From the NCBI GenBank assembly GCA_025360745.1, contig JANYBP010000129.1, forward strand, positions 28,126 to 92,125: 64,000 bases of DNA, given 5' to 3'. The notes below the pieces were generated by a model. That model did no database searches, was not told the DNA's origin, and saw only the letters and a program-made list of their open reading frames with translations. The position numbers and the translations under genes were made by a program. Positions 18,504-27,034 of the stretch are shown here, in pieces. Position 1 is the first letter of the stretch. The number at the start of each line of letters is the position of its first letter. This stretch comes from a bacterium. Lineage in GTDB: Bacteria > Verrucomicrobiota > Kiritimatiellia > CAIKKV01 > CAIYGI01.

Positions 18504-18592
18504 GGAAGGGTGGCTGAGTGGTCTAAAGCGACGGTCTTGAAAACCGTTGTGGCCTTGCGCCACCGGGGGTTCGAATCCCTCCCCTTCCGCCA
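18504..18592 (+). tRNA. tRNA-Ser (UGA), long variable arm, CCA encoded
   Basis: GGAAGGGTGGCTGAGTGGTCTAAAGCGACGGTCTTGAAAACCGTTGTGGCCTTGCGCCACCGGGGGTTCGAATCCCTCCCCTTCCGCCA. Anticodon loop CTTGAAA. Confidence 0.9.
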
Positions 18593-18646
18593 CTTTTGGA
18601 CAATTTTTGGACAATTGCCGGTAATTCTGCTACTATTACGGATGGC

Positions 18647-21600
18647 ATGAAGACAAATGTCCGAGACGCTCAGCCGCCAGGCGGTTGGCGAAGGGCTGTG
18701 GGTCCGGCGGCCTTTTTCCTGCTGTTTGCGGGGTTGCTTCGCCCGGAGGCGGTCGGCGCGCCGCCGCTGACGGCCGAGGGCCTGCGGCAAATCTCGGCGC
18801 TACAGGACGAGAAAGCCGGGCGCACACCCGCGCAGCATAAGATGGATTCGCAGTTGATCTATGCCGCGAAGCAACTCCGGGGCGTGCCGATTGCCGCCGG
18901 CGTTACCAACCTACAGATACACGTTCGCTACGAGACCGACGGACGCATGCTTATCGATGTGAACGGCGCGGTGACAAAGGACGTAGTGGCCGTGATCGAG
19001 GCGGCAGGCGGAACCGTGGTGAGTCGCTTCCCTAAATTCCGCACATTGCGCGCGCTTCTGCCCATCGGACAGATCGAAACGGTGGCGGCACTGGGCGACG
19101 TCCGTTCCATCCGCCGACCCGCGATGGCCGAGACGCGGACCGGCAGCGTCACCTCCGAGGGCGATCTGGCCCACAATGCCGCCACAGCCCGGAGCACGCT
19201 GGGTGCCGACGGCACGGGTGTGAAAATCGGCGTGCTGTCGGACAGTTGCGACTACTATACGACATCACAGGCGTCGGGCGATCTCGGAACCCTGACGATC
19301 CTGCCGGGTCAGAGCGGCATCGGTTCAGGAAACACCGGCGAAGGGACGGCCATGCTGGAGATCGTCCACGACCTCGCACCCGGCGCATCGCTCTATTTCG
19401 CCACCGCCTTCATTAGCGAGCCCCAGTTCGCCCAGAACATCCTCGACCTGCGCAGCGCCGGCTGCGACATCATCGTGGACGATGTCGGGTACTTCGACGA
19501 GCCGGTCTTCCATGATGGGATCGTGGCGCAGGCCGTCGACACAGTGACGGCAGACGGCGCGCTTTACTTCTCCTCCGCGGCTAACTCCGGCAACCTGACG
19601 GACGGCACGTCGGGCACATGGGAGGGCGATTTCGTGGATGGTGGTCCGGCCGGGACGCCGGTGAACGGCAAGGGCGGACGGCTTCACAGTTTTGGCGGGG
19701 GATCGAACTACAACGTGTCGGTTGCCGGAGGCAGCGATTATCGCGTGGACTTGTTCTGGGCCGACCCTTGGGGCGCTTCGACGAACGACTACGATGTGTA
19801 CGTGCTGAACTCGGGCGGAACGACCGTGTTGGGAAGTTCGACGACCACGCAGAATGGCAGCCAGGATCCATACGAAAGCATCGACATCCTGAGCGCCGGG
19901 AATCGCATTGCGATCGTTAAAGCCTCCGGCGGCGCCCGTTTCCTGCACTTGGAAACGGGACGCGGCGTGCTGGCCATCCAGACGATGGGGAACACGCATG
20001 GACACTCCGCGGCGTCCAATGCGTTCAGTGTGGCGGCGGTCTCCGCCGCCGGCCGTTCAAGCGCGTTTACCGGAGGCGGGGCGAACCCGGTTGAGAGTTT
20101 CAGTTCCGATGGTTTGCGCCGCGTCTTTTTCTATCCCGACGGCACGCCGGTGACACCCGGCAACTTTTCTTCCAGCGGCGGTCTCGTGCGCCAGAAACCC
20201 GATATCTCAGCGGCGGACGGCGTACTGACGGCGGTGCCCGGTTTCAGCCGTTTCTTCGGAACTTCGGCGGCCGCGCCGCACGCGGGCGCGATCGCCGCGC
20301 TGCTCAAGTCCTACGCTCCCGCTCTGACCCCGGCCCAGATTCGCACCGCCCTAACCTCAACGGCGCTCGACATCATGGCGGCTGGACCAGACCGCGATTC
20401 CGGCGCGGGCATCGTGATGCCGCTGGCGGCCATGCAATCGCTTCCCATCCCTTTCCCGATTCTGGCGGGCGCTCAGTTTAGCGATACCACCGGGGGTAAC
20501 GGCAACGGCTATTTGGACCCCGGCGAGACGATCATGGAAACAGTGACCTGGACCAACATCGGCGGGGCTACGGTCAGCAACATCACGGCGGCGCTGACAA
20601 CTGGAGCGGCCGGGGTCACAATGGTGCAGACCTCGTCGGCCTATGCCGCCATCGTGCCCTCTTCGTCGGGAACCAACACATCACCCTACTCGTACCGCCT
20701 GGCCAAGAGCGTGGCCGGCGGAACGGCCTTGGTTTTCACAAACAGATTGACCGCCGGCGGCCAGGTTTTCACCGGCGTCTTCACGCGCATCGTGGGGCGC
20801 CCGGGCTTCGTCACAAATCAGTACGTATCCACCGATGTGCCAAAGGCCATACCGGACGTGGCCACCGCGTATTCGACAAACCTGGTTTCGGCCGGCCTGC
20901 AGGCGATCGACGACGTGAATGTCGCCCTGCGGATCAACCATACCTTCGACGGCGACCTGATCATCGCCGTTCAGCATCCCGACGCAACGGAGGTTCTTCT
21001 GGCCCTGAACCGGGGTGTCAGCGGCCATAATTTCGGGACCGGAACGCCGCCCGGTCCGACCACAAACACGCTATTCGACGATCAGGCCGCCACGGCCATA
21101 GCTTCCGGCAGCGCCCCCTTTATCAATGCCGGGGGTTACAAACCGGATGGGGTGCTGAGTCAGTTCAACGGGAAGGCGGTCAGCGGCGCCTGGCGCCTGC
21201 GCACAAGCGATACGGCCGCCCAGGATGCCGGCACAAACCTGGGCTGGAACCTGACCATCGTTTCGCATTCGAACATTTACGCCGTTGCGCTCTTCAACAA
21301 CCCGCCGACGGCCAGCAACCAGAATCTGACGGCTTATTCCGGCCTGGCGACCAACCTGGTCTTGAGCGGCGGCGACGTGGATGGCGACGCGCTGAGCTTC
21401 CAGACCAACGGCGCACCGGCGCACGGCATCTTGTCGGCCTTCAACACCAACAGCGGCGCGATCGTCTACACCGCGACGCCGGGCTATGCCGGGCCCGACA
21501 GTTTCAGCTTTTCCGCATGGGACGGCACGGCCAACAGCGCCTCCGCCACGGTCAGCGTGACCGTGATTTCCTCCGGCGTCTACACAGTCAGCGTGGCGGC

Positions 21601-22174
21601 GGCGGCGAATGGCGCGATTTCTCCGTCGGGCAACGTCGCGGTGGCCGCCGGCGGCGACGCGACCTTCACGATGACGCCAGCGCCCTATTATCACCTCACG
21701 AATGTCGTGGTGGATGGCGTCGGCCGCGGCGCGATCAATCCCTGCGTGCTGACCAACGTCCTCGCCAACCACAGTTTCGCCGCGTTTTTCGCGGCCGATC
21801 TCGCGCCGCTGGGAACGCCGGTGTGGTGGCTGGCGCAGTACGGACTGACGAACGGCGGTGTCGCCGCCGCGGAGCTGGCCGATCCGGATTACGACGGACT
21901 ATACACCTGGCAGGAATACGTGACCGGAACGGACCCCACCAATCCCGCCTCGGTGCTGCGCATGCGGGGCGTGAGTTCGGACGGTTTGACCGACACCGTA
22001 AAGTGGCTGAGTTCGGCGCTGGCGCCTGGTTACAACCTCCTCTACAACACGAACCTGACATCGCTGAGCTGGACGATCTACAGCAGCGGTATCCCGCCCA
22101 CCCCGCCAACCAATTCCAGTTCCCTGCCCTTCCACGGATACCCCTCGTTCTACAAGGTGACCGTGACGAACTGA
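18647..22174 (+). CDS. Secreted clan-SB (subtilase S8/S53-like) peptidase with proprotein-convertase P-domain, cadherin/Ig-like repeats and a C-terminal sorting-type region
   Basis: Signal-like AAFFLLFAGLL. Asp motif GVKIGVLSDS and Ser motif FFGTSAAAPHAGAIAALL. P-domain: NVALRINHTFDGDLIIAVQHPDATEVLL...AVSGAWRLRTSDTAAQDAGTNLGWNLTI. Ig-like: GGDVDGDALSFQTNGAPAHGIL. I chose the start at MKTNV (18647) because the 18596 start abuts the tRNA. Confidence 0.8.
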   Translation: MKTNVRDAQPPGGWRRAVGPAAFFLLFAGLLRPEAVGAPPLTAEGLRQISALQDEKAGRTPAQHKMDSQLIYAAKQLRGVPIAAGVTNLQIHVRYETDGRMLIDVNGAVTKDVVAVIEAAGGTVVSRFPKFRTLRALLPIGQIETVAALGDVRSIRRPAMAETRTGSVTSEGDLAHNAATARSTLGADGTGVKIGVLSDSCDYYTTSQASGDLGTLTILPGQSGIGSGNTGEGTAMLEIVHDLAPGASLYFATAFISEPQFAQNILDLRSAGCDIIVDDVGYFDEPVFHDGIVAQAVDTVTADGALYFSSAANSGNLTDGTSGTWEGDFVDGGPAGTPVNGKGGRLHSFGGGSNYNVSVAGGSDYRVDLFWADPWGASTNDYDVYVLNSGGTTVLGSSTTTQNGSQDPYESIDILSAGNRIAIVKASGGARFLHLETGRGVLAIQTMGNTHGHSAASNAFSVAAVSAAGRSSAFTGGGANPVESFSSDGLRRVFFYPDGTPVTPGNFSSSGGLVRQKPDISAADGVLTAVPGFSRFFGTSAAAPHAGAIAALLKSYAPALTPAQIRTALTSTALDIMAAGPDRDSGAGIVMPLAAMQSLPIPFPILAGAQFSDTTGGNGNGYLDPGETIMETVTWTNIGGATVSNITAALTTGAAGVTMVQTSSAYAAIVPSSSGTNTSPYSYRLAKSVAGGTALVFTNRLTAGGQVFTGVFTRIVGRPGFVTNQYVSTDVPKAIPDVATAYSTNLVSAGLQAIDDVNVALRINHTFDGDLIIAVQHPDATEVLLALNRGVSGHNFGTGTPPGPTTNTLFDDQAATAIASGSAPFINAGGYKPDGVLSQFNGKAVSGAWRLRTSDTAAQDAGTNLGWNLTIVSHSNIYAVALFNNPPTASNQNLTAYSGLATNLVLSGGDVDGDALSFQTNGAPAHGILSAFNTNSGAIVYTATPGYAGPDSFSFSAWDGTANSASATVSVTVISSGVYTVSVAAAANGAISPSGNVAVAAGGDATFTMTPAPYYHLTNVVVDGVGRGAINPCVLTNVLANHSFAAFFAADLAPLGTPVWWLAQYGLTNGGVAAAELADPDYDGLYTWQEYVTGTDPTNPASVLRMRGVSSDGLTDTVKWLSSALAPGYNLLYNTNLTSLSWTIYSSGIPPTPPTNSSSLPFHGYPSFYKVTVTN

Positions 22175-22262
22175 GGAGTGGGGAGAACCGGTCGCCTTTC
22201 CAATCGTCGCAAACAAGCCGCATTCCCGCCAGACATTGCGCACAACCCGATTGCGCCCGTCT

Positions 22263-22321
22263 TGATCGGTTTCCGGTGACTTCTGTGGACAGACTGTGCT
22301 ACGGTTTAGCCGATTCTCGAC
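22263..22321. repeat. Intergenic repeat element, copy 1
   Basis: tgatcggtttccggtgacttctgtggacagactgtgctacggtttagccgattctcgac. By hand alignment it differs from the copy at 25731-25787 by one 1-nt indel and 4 substitutions. Confidence 0.85.
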
Positions 22322-22443
22322 ACGTGTGCCGAGAACGCTGGACAGGAACGCGGGCGGGGCGGCGAGAAATGAAGGCCTTTTCGAGAATTCGTTGACTCGC
22401 TACGCTCGCCAATGGACCAGCGGCATGAGTTGCCTATTCGGCA

Positions 22444-23418
22444 TTGGCATTGGCAAGCGAAGCGAGTCAATGCGCAATGGAGGTGCTACGCGCCATGAAA
22501 AGCCCGATGTTGCCGGCAGACCATCAGTCCGCCATGCGCCGTGTGCTGGAACTTGGACGTTCGGGCGACCCGACATCGTTGCCTGAACTGGTGGCGATAT
22601 CGGGCTTGCCCTCAAACGAGGTGCAACGGCTGGCAGCCTCGGCCATTGGCAAATTGGCTGACTTCGGGGCCGATGCCGAAGCGGCCGTGGCCGCATTGGC
22701 GCCGCTGGCCTTGAAAGGCCGCCATCCGCAAACCCAGCAATATGCCATTCGGGCACTGAAGAAATATGGCGTTGCGGCGCGGGCGTATGTGTCCGACCTG
22801 CGCGATCTGGCGCGCAATTCGTCCCACCGCGATTACGTTCGCGCCGCCGCGGCCACGGTTGCCGACGCCATCGAACAGGCCGGCCAAGACGCGCTTGCCG
22901 GTCTGAAGCACCGTTGCCAGCGTTGTGGTCATCCGGCATCCGCCGGCGAATTCGCGCGCTCCACGCGCGCCTTTCAGCGCATCTACTGCGACCGATGCTT
23001 CGATGAGGTGTTTCTGGAGCGGCGTAACTTCGAGACGCGGGTGGAATTGAACAAGACAATCGAGGCGCGTGACGGCACGCTCGTGCAGTCGGAGGGCGAG
23101 CGGCGCATCGCCGAATGGCTCACGGCGCACGGCATGGCGTATCGCTACGACGCCAAGTTCCGCATCATCGGCGAGTTCCAGATTCGGCCCGACTTCTACC
23201 TGCCGGAATTGGACGTATACATCGAATACTGGGGTCTCGACACACCGCAATATAAGATGAGCATGTACAAAAAACAGACCCTCTATCAACAGGAGGGCAA
23301 ACGGCTTGTCTCCGTTTATCCGGCTGATTTGCCACGTCTGAGCGTTATCCTGACGGCAAAACTGCGACTTTTCGGGTGTGCCGTTGACGTTGACCAGGGA
23401 AGTGCGGCGGCGAAATGA
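22444..23418 (+). CDS. HEAT-repeat + CxxC zinc-ribbon + PD-(D/E)XK-like nuclease-domain protein (paralog 2)
   Basis: Collinear with the 17464..18378 product: SLPELVAISGLPSNEVQRLAASAIGKL, HPQTQQYAIRALKKYG, CQRC...CDRC, and SEGERRIAEWLTAHGMAYRYDA...IRPDFYLPELDVYIEYWG...KKQTLYQQEGKRLVSVY. Confidence 0.65.
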   Translation: MALASEASQCAMEVLRAMKSPMLPADHQSAMRRVLELGRSGDPTSLPELVAISGLPSNEVQRLAASAIGKLADFGADAEAAVAALAPLALKGRHPQTQQYAIRALKKYGVAARAYVSDLRDLARNSSHRDYVRAAAATVADAIEQAGQDALAGLKHRCQRCGHPASAGEFARSTRAFQRIYCDRCFDEVFLERRNFETRVELNKTIEARDGTLVQSEGERRIAEWLTAHGMAYRYDAKFRIIGEFQIRPDFYLPELDVYIEYWGLDTPQYKMSMYKKQTLYQQEGKRLVSVYPADLPRLSVILTAKLRLFGCAVDVDQGSAAAK

Positions 23419-23486
23419 ATACCCCAACCTGTTACGTGATTGCCGGCCCGAATGGCGCCGGCAAGCCCACGTTCTCCATGTGTTGA
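23415..23486 (+). pseudogene. Remnant of a P-loop NTPase gene (zeta-toxin/AAA-like N-terminus, 23 codons)
   Basis: ATG at 23415 forms an ATGA overlap with the stop of the preceding gene. It reads MNTPTCYVIAGPNGAGKPTFSMC then a stop, so a Walker A-like GPNGAGKP is followed by premature termination. Confidence 0.35.
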
Positions 23487-23652
23487 ACGATCTGGGGTGG
23501 ACACTAGTGCTCGCGGGCTCCTATGACGAGGCGCGGACGGTTCTCGAACGCGCCGCAGCCCTGGCCCCGGCGGACTACGAACTGCCACGCAACAATCTGA
23601 AGGAACTGGAAAAACGCATGCGGTCCGCGTGCCGCATAGACAGGAGTCAAAC

Positions 23653-25668
23653 ATGACTTTCGCCGACCTTACATGGGAAGACCTGAAGAAATGGGCCGGA
23701 GCAAGGGTGGTCGGGCGCGGGAAGTCCTATCGGAGCGCCGTGGAGGACTTGCGGCTGACCTCCGATGGCCGGCTATTGGCCTGGGTGGAAGGCGGCGACC
23801 GTTACGCCACGGTTGTGACCATCGGCAAGGGCGGAAAGCTCTCGTCGGTCTGCACATGCCCCTACGCGGTCGCCTGCAAACACGCGGTGGCTGTGGTGCT
23901 GACCTATCTCGACACGATCCAGGCCCAAACGCCCGTTCCCGCCGTGGAGAAGAATGACGAACGCCTGAAGCGTCTCACCGGGGCGGAGGACGATGATGAC
24001 CTGGACGGCGACGGCTGGAATGAGGATGACGACGCGGATTCGGAAGACGTTTCCCGGAAACGCCCGGGTAAAAGCGGCCGGTCCGCCGATCCCGATTCGG
24101 CCATGCGTCGCTTTCTGGAGGGTCTCACCCCGACAGCCCTGCTGGATCTCGTCCGGGAACTGGCGAACGATTTCCCCGATGTGCGCCAGTGGATTGACGA
24201 TCGCGTGGAACTTCAATCGGGCGATGTGGCGAAACTTCTCGCCAACACGCGCCGCGAGATTGCGAACGTGTCGGCCGATCCGGGTTGGACCAGGCATTGG
24301 TCGAACGAAAGACACATTCCCAATTACTCGCGTGTGCAGGAACGGCTGGAATCTCTTCTGGCATCCGGCCATGCGGATGAGGTGGTGGCGCTGGGCGATG
24401 AAATTCTGCGGCGGGGCATCCAACAGGTCGAAATGTCCGACGACGAGGGGGAAACGGGACAGGAGATCGCCGGTTGTATGGAAATCGTCTTGCGCGCGCT
24501 GAAGACATCGTCCAAGAGCGTTCCGGAGCGCCTGCTGTGGGAAATCGACGCCCGCATACTGGACGATTACGGCATTCTGGACGGGATCGAGGGATCGTTT
24601 GCGGAACGTTCGTCCGGAACGCCGGCGGACTGGGCCGCTGTGGCCGATGAACTCGCCCGGCGTTTGCAGGCGATGCCCGTGACCGCCGCCAAGCGCGATG
24701 CGGACGGCAGTCACCGCGACTACCGCCGTCAGGGCGTCATGCGGTGGCTCCTCGACGCATTGAAGCGGGCGGGGCGGGAACGGGAGATCGCCGCCATCCT
24801 GATACGGGAGGCGGACATCACGAACTGCTATGTCGAACTTGTGGATCACCTCTTAGCCGCGAAGCAGAAGGACGCCGCCGAGGAATGGGCTCGCAAGGGG
24901 TTCGAACGAACGATCGAGAAACTGCCCGGGATTGCCTGGTCCCTGGAGGAGCGCCTGCGAAATCTTGCGGCGCGCAAAAGGGCGTGGCCGCTGGTGGCCG
25001 CTTTTCGGGCCATGGAGTTCTTCGACCGGCCCGACGCGGATCGTTTCGCGGAGGTACAGAAGGCGACGGCCGCGTGTAACCTTTGGAATACGGTTCGCCC
25101 GATGCTTCTGCGGTGGCTGGAGACAGGCGCGCGGCCCGATCGAGCGTCGCCGACGCCGCCTCCACGACGGGGGAAGACCGTGGGAGCGTCGGCGGCGACA
25201 ACCAGTGGAACAGCATGGCCACTGCCGGCCACCGGCCTTCCTGATCCGGGGGAGAATGATCGTTACCAGTCTTTCCCCGACACGTCCACTCTGATTGAAG
25301 TTGCGATTCGGGAGAAGCGCAATACCGACGTCCTTCGGTGGTATGGCGACGCGGGAATAGGCGGCGAACATTGGCAAGACCACCAGGGCGAAGCGGTGGC
25401 TGACGCCGTTCAGGAAACGCACCCCGACACGGCCCTGGCGATTTGGTTGCGCATGGCAAAGGCCCAGATCGCGATGACGAAACCGGCGACCTACGAGATA
25501 GCCGGGACGAGTCTGGAGAAAATGAAAGCCGTCTATCGGCGTACCGGGCGCCTGACGGAGTGGGAACGCCTCATCGCATCGTTGCGCACGGAAAACGCCC
25601 GTAAACCGCGCATGCTCGAAGTCCTCGACGGTTTGGAGGGCAAGCGGTCACGGATACTCCAACCATGA
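23653..25668 (+). CDS. SWIM zinc-finger domain protein
   Basis: The N-terminus GRGKSYRSAVEDLRLTSDGRLLAWVEGGDRYATVVTI...SSVCTCPYAVACKHAVAVVL carries the SWIM CxC...CxH signature. An acidic linker and a long helical C-terminal region follow. I chose the start at MTFADL. Confidence 0.8.
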   Translation: MTFADLTWEDLKKWAGARVVGRGKSYRSAVEDLRLTSDGRLLAWVEGGDRYATVVTIGKGGKLSSVCTCPYAVACKHAVAVVLTYLDTIQAQTPVPAVEKNDERLKRLTGAEDDDDLDGDGWNEDDDADSEDVSRKRPGKSGRSADPDSAMRRFLEGLTPTALLDLVRELANDFPDVRQWIDDRVELQSGDVAKLLANTRREIANVSADPGWTRHWSNERHIPNYSRVQERLESLLASGHADEVVALGDEILRRGIQQVEMSDDEGETGQEIAGCMEIVLRALKTSSKSVPERLLWEIDARILDDYGILDGIEGSFAERSSGTPADWAAVADELARRLQAMPVTAAKRDADGSHRDYRRQGVMRWLLDALKRAGREREIAAILIREADITNCYVELVDHLLAAKQKDAAEEWARKGFERTIEKLPGIAWSLEERLRNLAARKRAWPLVAAFRAMEFFDRPDADRFAEVQKATAACNLWNTVRPMLLRWLETGARPDRASPTPPPRRGKTVGASAATTSGTAWPLPATGLPDPGENDRYQSFPDTSTLIEVAIREKRNTDVLRWYGDAGIGGEHWQDHQGEAVADAVQETHPDTALAIWLRMAKAQIAMTKPATYEIAGTSLEKMKAVYRRTGRLTEWERLIASLRTENARKPRMLEVLDGLEGKRSRILQP

Positions 25669-25730
25669 TCGTTTCGGCCCCTCAAATCGCATAGAACGCC
25701 GAGGCGCTTCTCCTGCTTGATCGCAGGTCC

Positions 25731-25787
25731 TGATCGGTTTCCGGTGACTTCTGTGGAGACTGTGCTACGGATTGACCGATTCTCAAC
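25731..25787. repeat. Intergenic repeat element, copy 2
   Basis: tgatcggtttccggtgacttctgtggagactgtgctacggattgaccgattctcaac. It lies about 110 nt upstream of the 25896 start. Confidence 0.85.
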
Positions 25788-25895
25788 CTCGTCGGCTGCC
25801 GCTTCGCAATTTCTGGAATCGGCCTTGTAATCCCGGAAACCGCATGATAAAACCTGTTTGATTCCATTGCAGGAACTCTCACGAAGGAGGAAATT

Positions 25896-27023
25896 ATGAG
25901 TGACGAAATGACTGCCGATGACATTGCAGGGGAAAACGGATACTTGGACCATACAGCCGATAATGGTGGCACAGGGGACGACCAAGTGTTGGGCGCCTCG
26001 ATGGTTCCCGACGTCAATCACCCCGGAACGGGATGGAACGTCTACGAGGGAGGGAACCTGCTCTTCAACATCCTGCAGAGCAATATCACGCCAGGCGGTT
26101 TCGATATCCACCGCCTCGGTTCAGGCGGAGCAGAATCCACGGACATGGGAAACGTACTCGATTCCTTCGGGTTCAACGTCGATGATGTAAGACTGCCTTG
26201 GAGTCCGAGACCGGACCACGGGACAGCCGGAGTGGTCGGCACGCCCGACGTCGACCAAGGGTACTGGGAGCAACAGACGACCGACTTCACGTGCGCCGTT
26301 GAAGCTCAACGGGGGATCATAGAGGAGTTCACGGGACAACATGTTTCAGAGGCTCAACTCACCTACGAGGCAACCGTGAACGGGTGGCTTTCGGATCATG
26401 GCATGTCGCCAGCGGATGCCGGCAGCCTGTTGGAACTTTACGGGATTGACTGTCATTCCAGCACCGGCGCTACAGTAGAGGACCTTATGGCCGAACTTGC
26501 GCAAGGTCACAAAGTCATTGTGGGGGTGGATTCCGGCGAGATTTGGCGCAACGATTTCCCCCTGGAGGATTTCTTCCACCAGTCAGCCGATCATGCAATC
26601 TGGGTCACTGGCGTCGATATGACAGACGCCGCGCATCCGAAGGTCATCGTCAACGATTCCGGCGACCCGAACGGTGCAGGCAAGGCTTACGATCTCCAGA
26701 CCTTCGCAAACGCCTGGCAGGATTCCGGTTTCTTCTACGTCGCGACGAACGACGCTCCACCGGACATGAGTTTTGCCGCCGGACGGGGATTCGACACGAC
26801 TGTTGGTGTATTCCCCGAACTCGCATCCTACTTCGGGAATCTCTACAACGACTTCCGAGACCATTTACAGAACAGACTAGACGACCAAACACAGGTGACG
26901 CCGGCTGAGACGCCAACCCTTTTCACTGATGCGGCGGTCCGGTCGTTCATCGAGAATCTGCCCAAGAGTCCACTGACTTCGTTAAACGACTCAACCACGG
27001 ACACCCTGTTTCGCATTATTTGA
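25896..27023 (+). CDS. Papain-fold (C39-like) cysteine peptidase-domain protein, cytoplasmic
   Basis: No signal peptide and an acidic, Gly-rich N-terminus. The core runs YWEQQTTDFTCAVEAQRGIIEEF (candidate nucleophile Cys) ... GHKVIVGVDSGE ... SADHAIWVTGVDMTDAAHPKVIVNDSGDP (candidate His and Asp). The spacing matches C39-like peptidases. A strong SD AAGGAGG sits 5 nt before the ATG. Confidence 0.6.
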   Translation: MSDEMTADDIAGENGYLDHTADNGGTGDDQVLGASMVPDVNHPGTGWNVYEGGNLLFNILQSNITPGGFDIHRLGSGGAESTDMGNVLDSFGFNVDDVRLPWSPRPDHGTAGVVGTPDVDQGYWEQQTTDFTCAVEAQRGIIEEFTGQHVSEAQLTYEATVNGWLSDHGMSPADAGSLLELYGIDCHSSTGATVEDLMAELAQGHKVIVGVDSGEIWRNDFPLEDFFHQSADHAIWVTGVDMTDAAHPKVIVNDSGDPNGAGKAYDLQTFANAWQDSGFFYVATNDAPPDMSFAAGRGFDTTVGVFPELASYFGNLYNDFRDHLQNRLDDQTQVTPAETPTLFTDAAVRSFIENLPKSPLTSLNDSTTDTLFRII

Positions 27024-27034
27024 AGGAGGCGCCA

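Noticed and set aside
23378-23656. The 92-aa ORF as a genuine TPR-protein gene.
   Set aside because: Only the last ~45 residues look TPR-like. The N-terminal part reads through the P-loop scar in another frame, and the ORF overlaps the SWIM gene start. I treated it as a remnant.
27020-27034. The TTG start at 27020 for dynamin-like protein 1, and similarly the over-long starts at 18596, 23629, 2609, 4375, 6113, 16146, 16657, 17376, 33796, 50377 and 59319.
   Set aside because: Downstream ATG or GTG codons have better SD spacing, produce stop/start overlaps with neighbours, or give proper signal peptides. The extended versions add low-complexity N-termini or overlap neighbouring genes or tRNAs.
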